Assembly: GCF_009914755.1 (NCBI RefSeq)
Contig: NC_060943.1
From: the human T2T-CHM13v2.0 reference genome, Homo sapiens
Length of the DNA: 64,000 bases
Direction: 5' to 3' (one strand)
Part shown: one piece after another, positions 1 to 13,529 of the stretch
How positions within the stretch are numbered: position 1 is the first letter of the stretch
Layout: every line of letters begins with the position of its first letter
Notes under the pieces: model-generated
Told to the model about the DNA's origin: nothing
Database searches by the model: none
What the model saw: only the letters and a program-made list of their open reading frames with translations
Translations under genes and position numbers: made by a program

Positions 1-1005
1 AGCCTCCATTCCAGCCTCTGATGGACGGTGGGCCAAGCCTCCATTCCAGCCTCTGATGGACGGTGGGCCAAGTCTCCACTCCAGCCTCTGATGGACGGTG
101 GGCCAAGTCTCCACTCCAGCCTCTGATTGACCGTGGGCCAAGTCTCCACTCCAGCCTCTGATGGACGGTGGGCCAAGCCTCCACTCCAGCCTCTGACTGA
201 CCGTGGGCCAAGCCTCCACTCCAACCTCTGATGGACGGTGGGCCAAGCCTCCACTCCAACCTCTGATGGACGGTGGGCCAAGCCTCCACTCCAGCCTCTG
301 ATGGACGGTGGGCCAAGTCTCCACTCCAGCCTCTGATGGACGGTGGGCCAAGCCTCCACTCCAGCCTCTGATGGACGGTGGGCCAAGCCTCCACTCCAGC
401 CTCTGATGGACGGTGGGCCAAGCCTCCACTCCAGCCTCTGATTGACCGTGGGCCAAGCCTCCACTCCAACCTCTGATGGACGGTGGGCCAAGCCTCCACT
501 CCAACCTCTGATGGACGGTGGGCCAAGCCTCCACTCCAGCCTCTGATGGACGGTGGGCCAAGCCTCCATTCCAGCCTCTGATTGACCGTGGGCCAAGCCT
601 CCACTCCAGCCTCTGATGGACGGTGGGCCAAGCCTCCATTCCAGCCTCTGATGGACGGTGGGCCAAGTCTCCACTCCAGCCTCTGATGGACGGTGGGCCA
701 AGCCTCCATTCCAGCCTCTGATGGACGGTGGGCCACGCCTCCACTCCAACCTCTGATTGACCGTGGGCCAAGCCTCCACTCCAGCCTCTGATGGACGGTG
801 GGCCAAGCCTCCATTCCAGCCTCTGATGGACGGTGGGCCAAGCCTCCACTCCAACCTCTGATGGACCGTGGGCCAAGCCTCCACTCCAGCCTCTGATGGA
901 CGGTGGGCCAAGTCTCCACTCCAGCCTCTGATGGATGGTGGGCCAAGCCTCCACTCCAGCCTCTGACGGACGGTGGGCCAAGTCTGCACGTCAGCCTCTG
1001 ACTGG
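1..1005. repeat. 35-bp minisatellite (AGCCTCCACTCCAGCCTCTGATGGACGGTGGGCCA), ~28 copies, extends off the window start
   Basis: Directly visible 35-bp period with few variant positions (ATGGACG/ATTGACC, CCAGC/CCAAC, AGCCT/AGTCT). Confidence 0.95.
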
Positions 1006-1289
1006 TCGCAGGTCAGTCCTTCACGGGGTGTAGCCAATGGGAGGCCTGTCAAAGACACCGAGGGGTATTGCCGGGTTCCTTTTAATAAAAACCCTAATTG
1101 AGGAAGCTCTTGGGCCTCTTGCTGGAGCCCCGCTCCCAGTCTGTGAATTGTCTTCAATAAACCTGTGCTTTCCTTACTCCGTTTTTTTGTGTTTTTGTCT
1201 TTCGTTGCTTTGTTCTTTTGTTACTTTGTGCGTTTCATTCAATTCTCTGTTCAACACGCCTAGAACGTGGACAACTCCATCCGGTAACA
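1..1289 (+). mobile_element. 3' part of an ERV1-type LTR hosting the VNTR (LTR10-like, tentative)
   Basis: After the VNTR: CCAAT (~1034), TATA-like TTTAATAAAA (~1081), AATAAA (~1157), terminal ...CCGGTAACA. Subfamily is from recall only. Confidence 0.55.
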
Positions 1290-1654
1290 GCTCCACGTAC
1301 AATTTTTCTCCTTTGCGGCGGTGCTTTCAGCTGTGCACATTGCTGAGGAGGGTCCACACCGCCATTCTGATTGTCACTTTCAGTTCAGTATTCAATAAAC
1401 TACAGGAGAGAGTCAACACTTTATTATAAAATAGGTTTTCTGTTGGACGATTTTGCCCAACTGTAGGGGAAGGTACGTGTTCGGGGCGGGTTTAGGGTAG
1501 GCTAGGCTAAACTCTGATGTTTTGTAGGTGACATAATATTAAATGCATTTTTTATCTTCTATATTTTCAATTTATCAGGATGTGACTTCGCTGTACGTTG
1601 AAGAGCATCCACACTGTATCGCATACTTGAAATTTGCTGAGAAGATCGATTATG

Positions 1655-1948
1655 GGCCGGGGCGCGGTGGCTCATGCCTGTAATTCCATTAATTTGGGAA
1701 GCTGAGACGGGCGGATCGCTTGAGCTCAGGAGTTTGAGACCAGCCTGGGCAACATGGCGAAACCCCGTCTCTACAAATAATATAAAAATTAGCCGGGCAT
1801 GGGTGGCGCCTGTATTCCCAGCTGCTTGGGAGGAAGAGGCAGTAGGATCATTTGAGCCCAGGAGGCGGAGGTTGCAGTGACCTGAGATTGTGCCACTGTG
1901 CTCCAGCCTGGGTGGCAGAGTGAGGTTCTGTCTCAAAAATAAAAAAAA
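1655..1948 (+). mobile_element. Alu
   Basis: GGCCGGGGCGCGGTGGCTCATGCCTGTAAT head, dimeric body, A tail. Confidence 0.95.
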
Positions 1949-1980
1949 TTTAAAAAATGATAGATCATAAGTGTTTCACC

Positions 1981-2470
1981 ACAGACACACGGACACACAC
2001 ACACGGACACATGGACACACACATGAACACATGGACACACACATAAACACATGGACACACACGAACACACACCTACACACACGTGGACACACACGGACAC
2101 ATGGACACACGAACACATGGACACACACACGGGGACACACACGGACACACACAGAGACACACACGGACACATGGAAACACACGAACACACACCCACACCC
2201 ACACACACACACGGACACACACACATACACACATACGCACACATACACACACACGTCAAAGAAACAAAAAGCAAGCCAGGAGTCGTGGCATATGTGTCTA
2301 GTCCCCTAGACACACACAGAGACACACCCGGACACACGGAAACACATACGAACACACACCCACACACAGACACACACATGGACATACACACATACGCACA
2401 CATACACACACACACGTCAAAGAAACAAAAAGCAAGCCAGGGGTTGTGGCATATGCTCTTAGTCCCCACT
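1981..2470. repeat. (CA)n/GGACACAC low-complexity tract with an internally duplicated block
   Basis: Visible; GTCAAAGAAACAAAAAGCAAGCCAGG occurs twice (~2255 and ~2416). Confidence 0.9.
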
Positions 2471-2889
2471 ACTGGGGAGGCTGAGGCAGGAGGATTACTT
2501 GAGGCCAGGAATTAAGCAAATAAATAATGAAATGAAAATAGTCACTATGTGAGTTGACGAATACATTAATTAGCTTGATTGTAGTATAATTACACCATGA
2601 ATAGGGATATGTAAACACCAGCATGGTGACCTTAGTCACCAAGGACAGGTAGAGGCCAGGAATTGGAGAGCAGCCTGGGCAACACAGTGATACCCCCATC
2701 TTTACAAAAAAATCTTTTAAAATTAGCCAAGTGTGGTGGTGCTTGCCTGTAATTCCAGATACTCACTCAGGAGGCTGGAGCAGGAGGCTCTCTTGAGCCC
2801 AGGGGTTCAAGGCTGCAGTGAGCTATGAGTTTTCCATTGCACCCAGCCAAGGTGAGTGAGACCTTGGCTCTAAAAATAAATCAATCAAT

Positions 2890-3090
2890 AAACAAATTTA
2901 TCCACACAGGTAGGAGATCTCTACAAGAAAAACTATAAAATACTGATGAGAGGAAATGAAGAGGGCACACAAATGGAAAGATAGTCCATGTTCATAAATC
3001 GGAAGAATTCACATTGTGAAAATGACCACACTATTAATAGAGATCTATAGATCCAACTCAATCCCTACCAAAATGCCAAGGACATTCCTT
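2890..3090 (+). mobile_element. Old L1 ORF2 fragment
   Basis: AAATGGAAAGATAGTCCATGTTCA...GGAAGAATT..ATTGTGAAAATG resembles the L1 ORF2 3' region. Confidence 0.75.
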
Positions 3091-3579
3091 ATGAGAACAT
3101 GACATGTTTCAAGAGGAGAGGACTGGAGGGAATTGGGTAGGTAGATGGTGGTTTTAGGCAGATTCTAGTTCATTCCACTTAATAACTCCATTCTGAACTG
3201 ACTCACTATCAACGCCTCAATTCTTAACAAGGAAAAATATCACAAAGTATGAGAAAATGCATCAGGAAATAAGTGTCAGAACTTTTTGGCAAAATGACCT
3301 TGTGTCGGGCACTTTACTGACATAATCTTATATCATCTTCCAAAGAACATATCAGGAAGGTAATAATTCCCTGGTTCTATTCACAGGGAGCTTGAAGTTC
3401 ACAAAATTCAGTGGCTTAAGATTTCCCAAGGATTTAAACCAGAATCAGTGTAATATTAATAACCCTTCAATGTATGTTAAGTGTTAGATGAGAAAATTTA
3501 CTCTGAATTAAAAATGAATGAGCCACAATTTGAATGGATTTGCGAGTCAGTCAGCAGATGCTGCGAACTTCCCAAATTG

Positions 3580-3603
3580 TAACCTAATCATGTAATCTAA
3601 TCA
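3580..3603 (+). promoter_or_regulatory. Tandem DUX4-consensus sites
   Basis: TAACCTAATCA (3580-3590) and TAATCTAATCA (3593-3603) both match TAAYYYAATCA; ~1.1 kb upstream of the putative ZSCAN5D TSS. Confidence 0.75.
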
Positions 3604-4121
3604 TGACACTCAGTTTTCATTCCACAATGACTCCATGATCCACGCAGTATAATTCACACCTAACATTAAGGCTTTTCACGTTTGAGAGGCCTCAGTCAGG
3701 GGGCTGAGAACCAGGGAACCCTGTAGGACCCTCAGTGTATCTATAAACCACCCTCTCACCGTCCTGGAGTGAGTGCAGAGTGGGGACCATGTGCCTTTCT
3801 CTGGTTCCCACTGTTTTTACATAAGGGTAGGTTGGCTGATATCAAACCAGTGATTTAGACTAGTTCAAGCAAAGCTTTTCCATGTGAATTCCAAGAGTTT
3901 GAAAAAGAAAAGTAAAGAATTATCACTAATATTTATTGTATATCAGCAATGACTGTATTTTTCAATATACTGACATTAATATGTGAAAGGCTTTGCTTAA
4001 ACTGCATTAAATCACTGGTTTGATATTAATCCAACAACTCTTAACATGTCCTTTATTTGTTAGGATATTACTGTCTGTGTGGCGCGAGGGGACCCAAAGT
4101 GATTAAAACTTGTGGACCTAG

Positions 4122-4461
<340 letters not shown>

Positions 4462-4589
4462 CTATATTTTCTGAGGCCTCCAAATACTTCAGCAATATGA
4501 CAAATAATTCAGTAGAGTGGGAAAACCTATGTTATTTGCACAGTAGGCATGTTTAATACTTTAACTTCCTGTGGGCAGGGTTTCATTGG

Positions 4590-4720
4590 GAAATGTAATC
4601 AACTCGGATCACCTAAAATGGATTACGTGGCCCTAAACCAATCATGGGGCAGCGCAGGAACTGGAAATGGGGCCTGGAGTCCTTCGACTTCTCCATAAAT
4701 AGGCGCAGTTCAGCTCCAGG
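4590..4720 (+). promoter_or_regulatory. Putative ZSCAN5D core promoter
   Basis: TAATCA (4596), GGATTA (4620-4625), TAAACCAATCA containing CCAAT (4634-4644), TATA-like CATAAATA (4694-4701). Confidence 0.55.
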
Positions 4721-4777
4721 CCAGTTGGAGAGTGCATCCCAGATGCGAGAAAGTTGGAGGCATAAGGCGGGAAGGAG
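4721..4777 (+). other. ZSCAN5DP: Putative non-coding exon 1 of ZSCAN5D (start approximate)
   Basis: Lies just after the TATA-like box and ends at consensus donor GAG|GTAAGT (GT at 4778); matching acceptor TTTTTTTTTGCAG ends at 8161. Confidence 0.55.
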
Positions 4778-5689
4778 GTAAGTGTCCAGAGGCCATGTCT
4801 GTGGGGTTTAGGAGCTGGCATTCAGGGGGGTTAGTTTCAGAAAGATTTGGGTTTATTTTCTCATGCATTTGCTTGGAGACCTTGTGAAACATCGGGTCTC
4901 CTTTGCACCCTGTGATTAACTCTGGCTTGTTATGAAACCCTTATGTAAACTAGGAATAATATTAACTTTCTCATCATGGGTAGGTTACATTTTAGAGACG
5001 GGGGTCTCACTCATTGCCCAGGCTGGCTTGAATTCCTGGTCTCCAGTCATTGGCGAGACTTCACTTCACCATCAGCTGGGACGACAGGCACCTACCTGCC
5101 AACAGGCCCGGCTACATTTTATTTTTTTGTAGAGATGGGGTCTCGGTATGTTGCACAGGCTGGTCTTGAACTCCTAGGCTCAAGCAATCATACCACCTGG
5201 GTCTTCCAAACTGTTGGAATTACTGGCGTGAGCCACCTTGCCGGCCGCACACCACTTGTTAAAAAGCATCACTGGATTTTCCCTTTCCACAGGGTAAAAT
5301 CAGCCATTAATGAATGAGCATCAACCTACTAGGCCAATGAGAATGTGCACTAAGTGTCCCTACCTGGGGGTCCTGTGTGCTATATACTCCCAGAATTGAA
5401 TACTAACCCGCATACCTGCCTTTATTTTTTCCCATGTTCCATTGCTTGCTTTAATGGGAAAAGAACTGAGAGTGAATACACGGTGATTTCTAGGAACATG
5501 AAACCACTTTTTTAAGAGACAGGATCTCACTATGTTGCCCAGGCTGTTATCAAACTCCTGGGCTCAAGTGATCCTCTTGCCTTGGCCTGAGCAGCAGCAG
5601 GCGCCCTTGCAGCAAAGCCACTTTTAATTCCAGAATTTTAGGCTCTCTTTTCTCTCTCATATTTGTATGCTTTTTTCAAAAAAAATTAA

Positions 5690-6730
5690 TTTGCTTTCAA
5701 ATTGAAAACTAAAAATTGTATACAATTGGGCACAGCATAATGTGCTTTGTAGGATGTGAACACTGTAAAATGGCTAAATTAAGCTGCTATTCACATGCCT
5801 TACTTTATGTACTAATCATTTTTGGCTGTGAGAATACTTGATTGAAATCTACTCTTTTAGCAATTTCCAAGCATACATTGTTATGAACTGAAGTCACCAT
5901 GTTGGACAACGGCTCTCTTGAATTCATCTCTCCAACTGAAATTTGTACCCTTAGACCTATATCTCCCCAACCCCCATCCCAGCCCTGGTAACCACCATTC
6001 TACTCACTGCTACTATGAGTCCACTAGGCTTTTAAAATTATTATTCATGTCATCTACTTCTTTTTTAATTTTTTAAATGATTTTAACTTGTATTTTAGAT
6101 TCGGTGGGTGCCTGTGCAGATTTGTTACATGAGTGTATTGAGTGATGCTGAGATTTGGGGTATGACTCAACCCGTCACCCAGGATATGAGGAGCACCCGA
6201 TAGGTAGTTTTTCAACCCTCCCTCCCTCTATCCCTCCAGAGTTTCACTGTTTTGGAGTCCACGTCCTGATTTCCTTTCCTCTGTGTACCTGCCCCGGAGC
6301 GGGATTGCCGGATCATGCAGTTGTTGGACTTTCAATTTTCTGAGGAGCTTCTATACTGTCTCCCATATCGGCTGCTCTAATTTACATCCCAGCACGGGGC
6401 GCAGAGGACCCCTTTCCCCCGAATCCTCACCAACACTCGTTCCATGTGTCTTTTTGGGAACAGCCACTCTAGCAGGCGTGAGGGGTGCCTTGTGGTTTGG
6501 ATTTGCATGTCCCTGATGATGAGTGATGACGAGCACCTTTTCCTAGACCTGCTGGCCATTCACATGTCTTCATCTGAGGTGTCCACAGAGGCACCTTGCC
6601 CACTTCTAGCGGGTTATGTGTTTTCTTGCTCTGGAGTAGTTTGAGTTGCTTATGTTTTGCATAGGAACTGCTTGTGAGATGTGTGGTGTGTAAATATTGT
6701 CTCCTCTGGGTTGTCTTCCCCCTCTGCTGA
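5690..6730 (-). mobile_element. Degenerate antisense L1 3'-end fragments
   Basis: Motifs such as GTGCAGATTTGTTACATGAGT and GGATTTGCATGTCCCTGATGATGAGTGATG. Confidence 0.75.
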
Positions 6731-7024
6731 TTGTCTCCCTGGCTGTCTCTGTGTTCTGTACTTGCTCAGATTCCTTCCAGGAAGCGTAGGTTTTCCATCC
6801 TTCAGGATTCCAGTGACCTTTCCCGAGACCCTCCTGTCAATTCTTTCTTCCTTCTGAAGACCTTTCGGTTGCTTCCCCCACCTGTGGCTAGGAAGACAGG
6901 GCTGCGTTCTCACAGCTGTTGAACTTGGATAATAACTGATGCCTGGAGAGTATCACACAGTGTGTCCTGCCTAATGAAACGACATTTAGAACCAAATTTC
7001 AAAAAATCGTTCTTTCTTTCTCTC

Positions 7025-7367
<343 letters not shown>

Positions 7368-8284
7368 TAGACTTTAAATCCATTTTCTGAGATGAGATTA
7401 GGAATAGAGAAACCCTTAGAGACAGAAGGTAGATCAGTGATTGGCAGGGGCTGGGGTGGGTGGGCAGGGGGTGATCACTGATGGGGATGGGGTTCCTTTT
7501 GGGCTGATGAGACAATTCTGGAGCTAGACAGTGGTGATGGTTGCACAGCATGGTGCATGCATGTCTTAGTGCCATGAAATTGTGCACTTGAAGATGGTAA
7601 AAATGATGAAATTTATGAATGTGCATTTTACCAAAATAGCAATATCTGTGTAGGAGTTGAATTCTCATATGATTACTTAATGCTCTCCCTTCCCTGGAGC
7701 AAACAAATGTCCTGGGGTTAACAAGAAAAGGTGTTGGGGGACAACTGTAGGTTGTAACTATTTTTCTCTATCTTTGTGCGTAATTATGATGAAGGGCTTT
7801 ACCTTGGATCTTGTCTGGACAGGAAAACATAAATAAGTTATTGTTGCATCAGATTTTAGGAGCTTCACATAAGTATCCTATTTAATTTACAGTTGGGAAC
7901 CATGTTGTTCCAATTGAAAAAAAAACTGATTTCACTTCTGCACAATGATTTCCTGGAGATCAGAATCCAGGGGAGCATTAGGATTTTAAATCAGAACATA
8001 TAGTCAGGTGTAGACAGCGGAAGAGTAACAGGGTGGGTTGATTTCCACTGTGCTGAATTCGATGCTGCTGAAGAAGTGGCGTCCAGGATTTGGATGAGGG
8101 TTTTGGAAGGGATGGGTGGATAGACTAGAAACTTTGATCGGGCTCATGTTTTTTTTTGCAGACTTCTGAACAGTGAATCTATTATTGAGGAAAACCAAAG
8201 GAGGCCTGTCTAGATAGGTCTCAATTAGACACCAGCTACTGGAAGAACTTTCTCAGAGACTGACTGAAATATTCTCCACCAGAT

Positions 8285-8668
8285 ATGGCTGCAAATTGCA
8301 ACTCCTCATGGGGTCAGGGAGGACCCTGCAACAGCCCTGAGTCAGAGCCGCCACAGTCTGTGGCTTCCCCAGAAACTCAACTTGGAAATCATGACTGGGA
8401 CCCTGAGACTTGTCACGTGAACTTCAGGATGTACAGCTGCCCAGAGGAGTCGGACCCCATCCAGGCTCTGAGGAAACTCACTGAGCTGTGCCATCTGTGG
8501 CTGAGGCCCGACCTCCACACCAAAGAGCAGATCCTGGACATGCTGGTGATGGAGCAGTTCATGATCTCCATGCCCCAGGAGCTCCAGGTCTTAGTCAAGG
8601 TGAACGGTGTGCAGAGCTGCAAAGACCTGGAGGACCTGCTACGAAATAACAGAAGACCCAAGAAATGG
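8285..8668 (+). CDS. ZSCAN5DP: ZSCAN5D coding exon 1 (SCAN domain); exon begins at 8162
   Basis: MAANCNSSW...RRPKKW, donor TGG|GTGAGT. Confidence 0.92.
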
Positions 8669-11600
8669 GTGAGTGGGACCCTCGTGACTGGTGCAGGGAA
8701 GGGGAGCTGGGATGGGGGCTGCATGGTGCAGCTGGACTCGAGAGGACCCGAGGGGCTGCTCTAGGTCAGGGCTTCCAAGTAGAGGAGAGTTTGCCCATCA
8801 GGGACACATGGCAGTGTCTGGGGACAGTTTTTGTTGTCAGGGAAGACAGGAGATGCTGCTAAGCATTCTCTAATGCTCAGGACAACCCATCATGACAAAT
8901 AATCATCCAGATTCAAATATCAGCTGTGCTGAGACGGCAAGTTCCTGGTGTAGGAGATGGACAGGCAGAGGGGGTACAGGGACCCACACACTGTGTGAGG
9001 CCAACATGAAAGAAACACATTGGTGAAATATTAGGTCTGATGGAATGTAGGGAAGGAGGCATTAGAGTGAACTGAAGCGGGGCCCAGGAGTCCCATCCTG
9101 AAGCAGGGAAAGTGGTTGGTATCAGATGCAGGGATCTGCCTCCAGGTCCCCAAATGAGCCCCTAAGTTCTAATACAAGGTGAGCTGCCATCGGCCAATTG
9201 AGTTGGATTCACCCAGAATATTTCTCCTTGTCTTCTCTTTGGTTTAGAGACCCTTTCATCTAAAGGACTCATATTTATGTACTTATGTAGAAAAGGAAAA
9301 AATTCAGACAGATTGCTGTGTCCACAGAGCTGATTCTGCATTGGGAAGGCAGATTTGAACATTAATTACAGTAAAGTGTGAGCATTATGGCAGGACCCAG
9401 GGAATATGAGAGCTACTTTCAGGTTCTCATAGTGAGTCTGATTGTCTTTTTTCTCTCTACAGTCTGTGGTCAATTTTCTTGGCAAGGAATATCTTATGCA
9501 GGAATCAGATGTCGAGATGGCTGAAATCCCTGCCAGTGTCAGAGATGATCCGAGAGGCGTGTCCAGCCAGCGGGCCTCCTCTGTGAATGAGATGCGTCCG
9601 GGGGAAGGCCAGGCCAGCCAAGAGCTGCAGACCCTGCCCAGGGTCCCTGCACTGTCCAGAAGGCAGGTGAGTGTGTGAGGCCCTGGTGTCTGGGCAGAGG
9701 TGGGAGAAGGAACAGGAGAAAACTGAGTGTGCCTCTGGACTGATTGAGAGATTTGGCACAGGACAAGAACAGAGACATTCCCCATGGATGTGTTACATCC
9801 TTAGACATTCCTGAGTCATCACAGAGAATGAAGCCTCATCTACTTTTCTCTCCACCATGAGAGCTTTTAGCATGTAGGGTGGGGGGTCAGAAATGGTCTC
9901 AGTGAAATGAGGGAGGCAGTTGGCACCGATGAATGAACTGAAGGTCCCTTCCCCATTCAGTTTCCTCAAAGACATTTAATGTCATAATTCAGCAAGGAGC
10001 GCACTTTCTACAGATTGTCAATTTCTTAATTTGAGGAGTGTTTCTCAACTGGGGTGATTTTGCCTTTCAGGACACATGGCCATGTCTGGAGATGTGTTTG
10101 TGTGTCATTGTAGGGGGTGGTGGGGTGTTGATAGCATCTAGAGGGTGGAGGCGGGGTCTCTGCTCTGCACAGGAGCGCCCCCTCCAGGAGGGTGATGCAG
10201 CCCCAATGCCAGTGGTGCCAGGGGTTAGGGGCCTCCACCTAGAGTCATGCTCCTTCCAGTGTCAGGGGCAGGGAGACGTTGGCACAGCGGGGAGAAATAT
10301 GCTCAGAGAACCAAACAGTGAAAACCACCAGGCACAGGAGCTGATTTAGAATATGGAGGGTGCAGATTAGGGAGAGACTCAGAAATGAGGTGGTGATGTT
10401 TATTTGGGATGATGTGGGAGGCCCATAGGAAGTCTGCACGTATCCCTAAACCTGTGTCATTAGAAAAGTTGGTGTATCCAGTCAGGAAGGGACAGTGATG
10501 TCCATGACCCACCAGTTTAGACAGGGCAGTCATTGCTGTTGGTTTTCCATTGTCAGGAAGAGGACTTCCTGCTGCCAGAGACTACTGTCATGAAAAGTGC
10601 CCCAAAGGCTCTGAGACCCAAGCCAACCTTGGAGAAGGATCTGAACGTAGACAGGGAAGAAAACACGGGACTTACATCCCCAGAGCCTCAGCTTCCAAAC
10701 GGTCCTAGTGAGTATGAAGACTTGGATCCACAGGGGTTAGCCCCTCTCTTCTGGGGTGTGGGGCTGGGGTCCCAGCATTATCATGTCTGGGGGAGTTGGC
10801 ACTCAGCTGCCAAAGCCTCTCCATCCCTTACTCTCCAGAGACCTACGGTCCAATGTCTTAGGTTTAAGGTTGAGGGGAAGTTGTCAGCCAACATCAGTGT
10901 TTGGTTGCAATGAGTTTGGTGTATTGAAAATGTACCTTATTAACTGTTGTGTGTGGAATCCCTTCTTCCAGCAGGTGTGGTGGGAGCAAAGGAGGGGAAG
11001 GAACCCAAAAAAAGAGCCTCTGTCGAAAATGTGGATGCTGACACACCTTCTGCCTGCGTTGTGGAGAGAGAAGCTTCGACTCACAGCGGGAACAGAGGAG
11101 ACGCTCTGAATCTGAGATGTCCCAAAAGAAGCAAACCAGACGCCACCTCCATTTCCCAAGAAGGGCCTCAAGGAGGAGCCACACCTGTGGGCAACAGCGA
11201 ATCCCCAGGAAAACCTGAGATAAATTCAGTTTATTCCCCAGGCCCTGCAGGTGCAGTCAGTCACCCCAATGGCCAAGAAGCCAAGGAACTGCTGCCCTTT
11301 GCATGTGGCGTGTGCAATAAGAGGTTTACGTGTAATTCCAAGCTAGCCATCCACATGAGATCACACACAGGAGAGAGACCCTTTCAATGTAATTTCTGTG
11401 AGAGGTGCTTCACGCAGCTCTCAGACCTCCGCGTCCACCAGCGAATCCACACTGGTGAGAAGCCCTACACATGTGACATCTGTCACAAACGGTTCAACAG
11501 GATGTTCTCCTTGAAGTGTCACAAGAGGAGCCACACGGGGGAGAAGCCCTATAAATGTAAGGACTGCAACCAAGTTTTCACCTACAGGAAGAACCTGAAC

Positions 11601-11738
11601 GAGCACAAGCTCATCCACTCCGGAGAGAAACCCTATAAATGTCCCAAGTGTCTAAGAGCCTTTCGTCGGCCTGAAACGTTAAAATACCACCAGAAAACAC
11701 ATCAAGAAACCACTGCACCCAGAGAATGTGAAGGATGA
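8285..11738 (+). CDS. ZSCAN5DP: ZSCAN5-family zinc finger and SCAN domain protein (ZSCAN5D; I recall it annotated as pseudogene ZSCAN5DP). join(8285-8668,9463-9666,10557-10707,10972-11738), 501 aa, intact
   Basis: SCAN domain ([31 protein letters not shown]) and five C2H2 fingers with TGEKP-type linkers. All introns GT-AG; 384+204+151+767=1506 nt in frame. Paralogue identity inferred from sequence recall and position ~29 kb upstream of EDDM13. Confidence 0.88.
9463..9666 (+). CDS. ZSCAN5DP: ZSCAN5D coding exon 2
   Basis: Acceptor [24 protein letters not shown]...LSRRQ, donor CAG|GTGAGT. Confidence 0.9.
10557..10707 (+). CDS. ZSCAN5DP: ZSCAN5D coding exon 3
   Basis: Acceptor [22 protein letters not shown]...QLPNGP, donor A|GTGAGT (phase 1). 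Confidence 0.88.
10972..11738 (+). CDS. ZSCAN5DP: ZSCAN5D terminal coding exon (5 C2H2 fingers)
   Basis: Acceptor CTTCTTCCAG(CAG); five canonical CxxC-x12-HxxxH fingers; stop TGA 11736-11738. Confidence 0.92.
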
Positions 11739-11758
11739 TTTTTCACTGACGCTATTAG

Positions 11759-12235
<477 letters not shown>

Positions 12236-12244
12236 TGTTCTTTC

Positions 12245-12250
12245 AATAAA
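12245..12250 (+). terminator. Candidate poly(A) signal for ZSCAN5D
   Basis: First AATAAA I can see downstream of the stop codon. Confidence 0.55.
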
Positions 12251-12479
12251 CAAACATCTAATTAGTTTTCAGTATATTATAACAAAAAACGGAGCCTTCT
12301 GATTGACATGCTATTACCCACTGTTTTGCTGTAAATTAAAGTTGTCAAAGTAGGTGTCCAGATTAAATACACAATGCCTGGGGAAATCTGTGTTTCAAAT
12401 AAACAATTTTTTTTAGTATCAGCTTGTTCTAAATTATTCATTATTTATCTGAAACTCAGCTTCTATTGGGTATCCTGTA

Positions 12480-12975
12480 TTGTTTTCTTTTTTGCTTCTT
12501 TTTCTTCTCTTTTCTTTTCTTTTGAGATGGGGCCTCACTCTTTCACCCAGGCTGCAGTGCAGTGGTGTAATCACAGCTCACTGCAGACCTGACCTCCACG
12601 GCTCAAGCAATTCTGCCGTCTTGGCCGCCGGAGTAGCTGGGACTAGAACACACCACACCATGTCAGCTAATTTTTGTATTTTTTTGTAGAGAGGGGTTTT
12701 GCCACGTTGCCCAGCCTGGTCTTGAACTCCTGAGTTCAAGTGATCTGCCTGCCTCGGCCTCCCAAAGTGCTATTACGGGTGTGAGCCACTGCATCCTGTA
12801 TTGTTTGTATTAGGCTTTATTATTATTATTTTATTCAAATTTTTTGAAATAATTTTTTGTAGTGATGGGATCTGGTTTTGTTGCCAAGGCTGGTCTCAAA
12901 GTCCTGGCCTCAAGCGATCCTTCCACCTTGGCCTCCAGAAGTGCTCGGAGTATACGTGTGAGCCACCACGCCTGG
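12480..12975 (-). mobile_element. Old Alu (J-like) plus Alu monomer
   Basis: Antisense Alu motifs. Confidence 0.8.
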
Positions 12976-13529
12976 CTAATGACTTTTTCAGAGCTGTTTT
13001 AGGTTCACAGGGAAATTCAGTGGACAGCACAGAGTTCCCCTAGACTCCCTCCCCACACGGCACAGCCTCTCCCCGCCCAGCATCCCCAGCAGAGCGGTGC
13101 ACCTGTTCCATCAGTGAGCCTGCCTGGACATATCACCACCACCCAGAGTCCATGGTGTTCATTAGGGCTCGCTCTGGGTGTTGTACATCCTGTGGGTTTG
13201 GACAAAGGCCTCATGAGTATCCACCACTGGAGTATCATGGGGGATATTTTCACTGCCCCCCCCGAATCCTCTCTGCTCTGCCTATTTATCTCCCCGCCCC
13301 AGATGGTGTATTTCTTGGTCTAAATTTGGCAACTTCTAAATTCCTGATTTGAATCTTGAACTACAGAGGCATTGGGAGTCTCTGGTGACTAGTTGGTCTT
13401 AGTGATAGTACCACATCCTGAAGGCTTTGCTAATCTACAAAAGGGTGGGCCCTGATCCCAGAGCTTCCAGTTTAGTAGATCAGGGGTGTGGCCTTAGAGT
13501 TTGCATTGAAAAATAGACTTCATTTTATT

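Noticed and set aside
1-1005. Regular ~35-bp repeats superficially resembling a CRISPR array
   Set aside because: No unique spacers; head-to-tail minisatellite in primate DNA
1559-1936. Alu-derived ORFs (also 11759-12175, 24588-24899, 25229-25684, 34382-34768 and others)
   Set aside because: Classic Alu translations ([23 protein letters not shown])
1933-2515. HT-rich and CV-rich ORFs of 92-178 aa
   Set aside because: Translations of the (CA)n low-complexity tract
8669-8764. ORF continuation after the SCAN exon, and similar run-ons at 10708-10913 and 37247-37482
   Set aside because: Intron read-through past consensus donor sites
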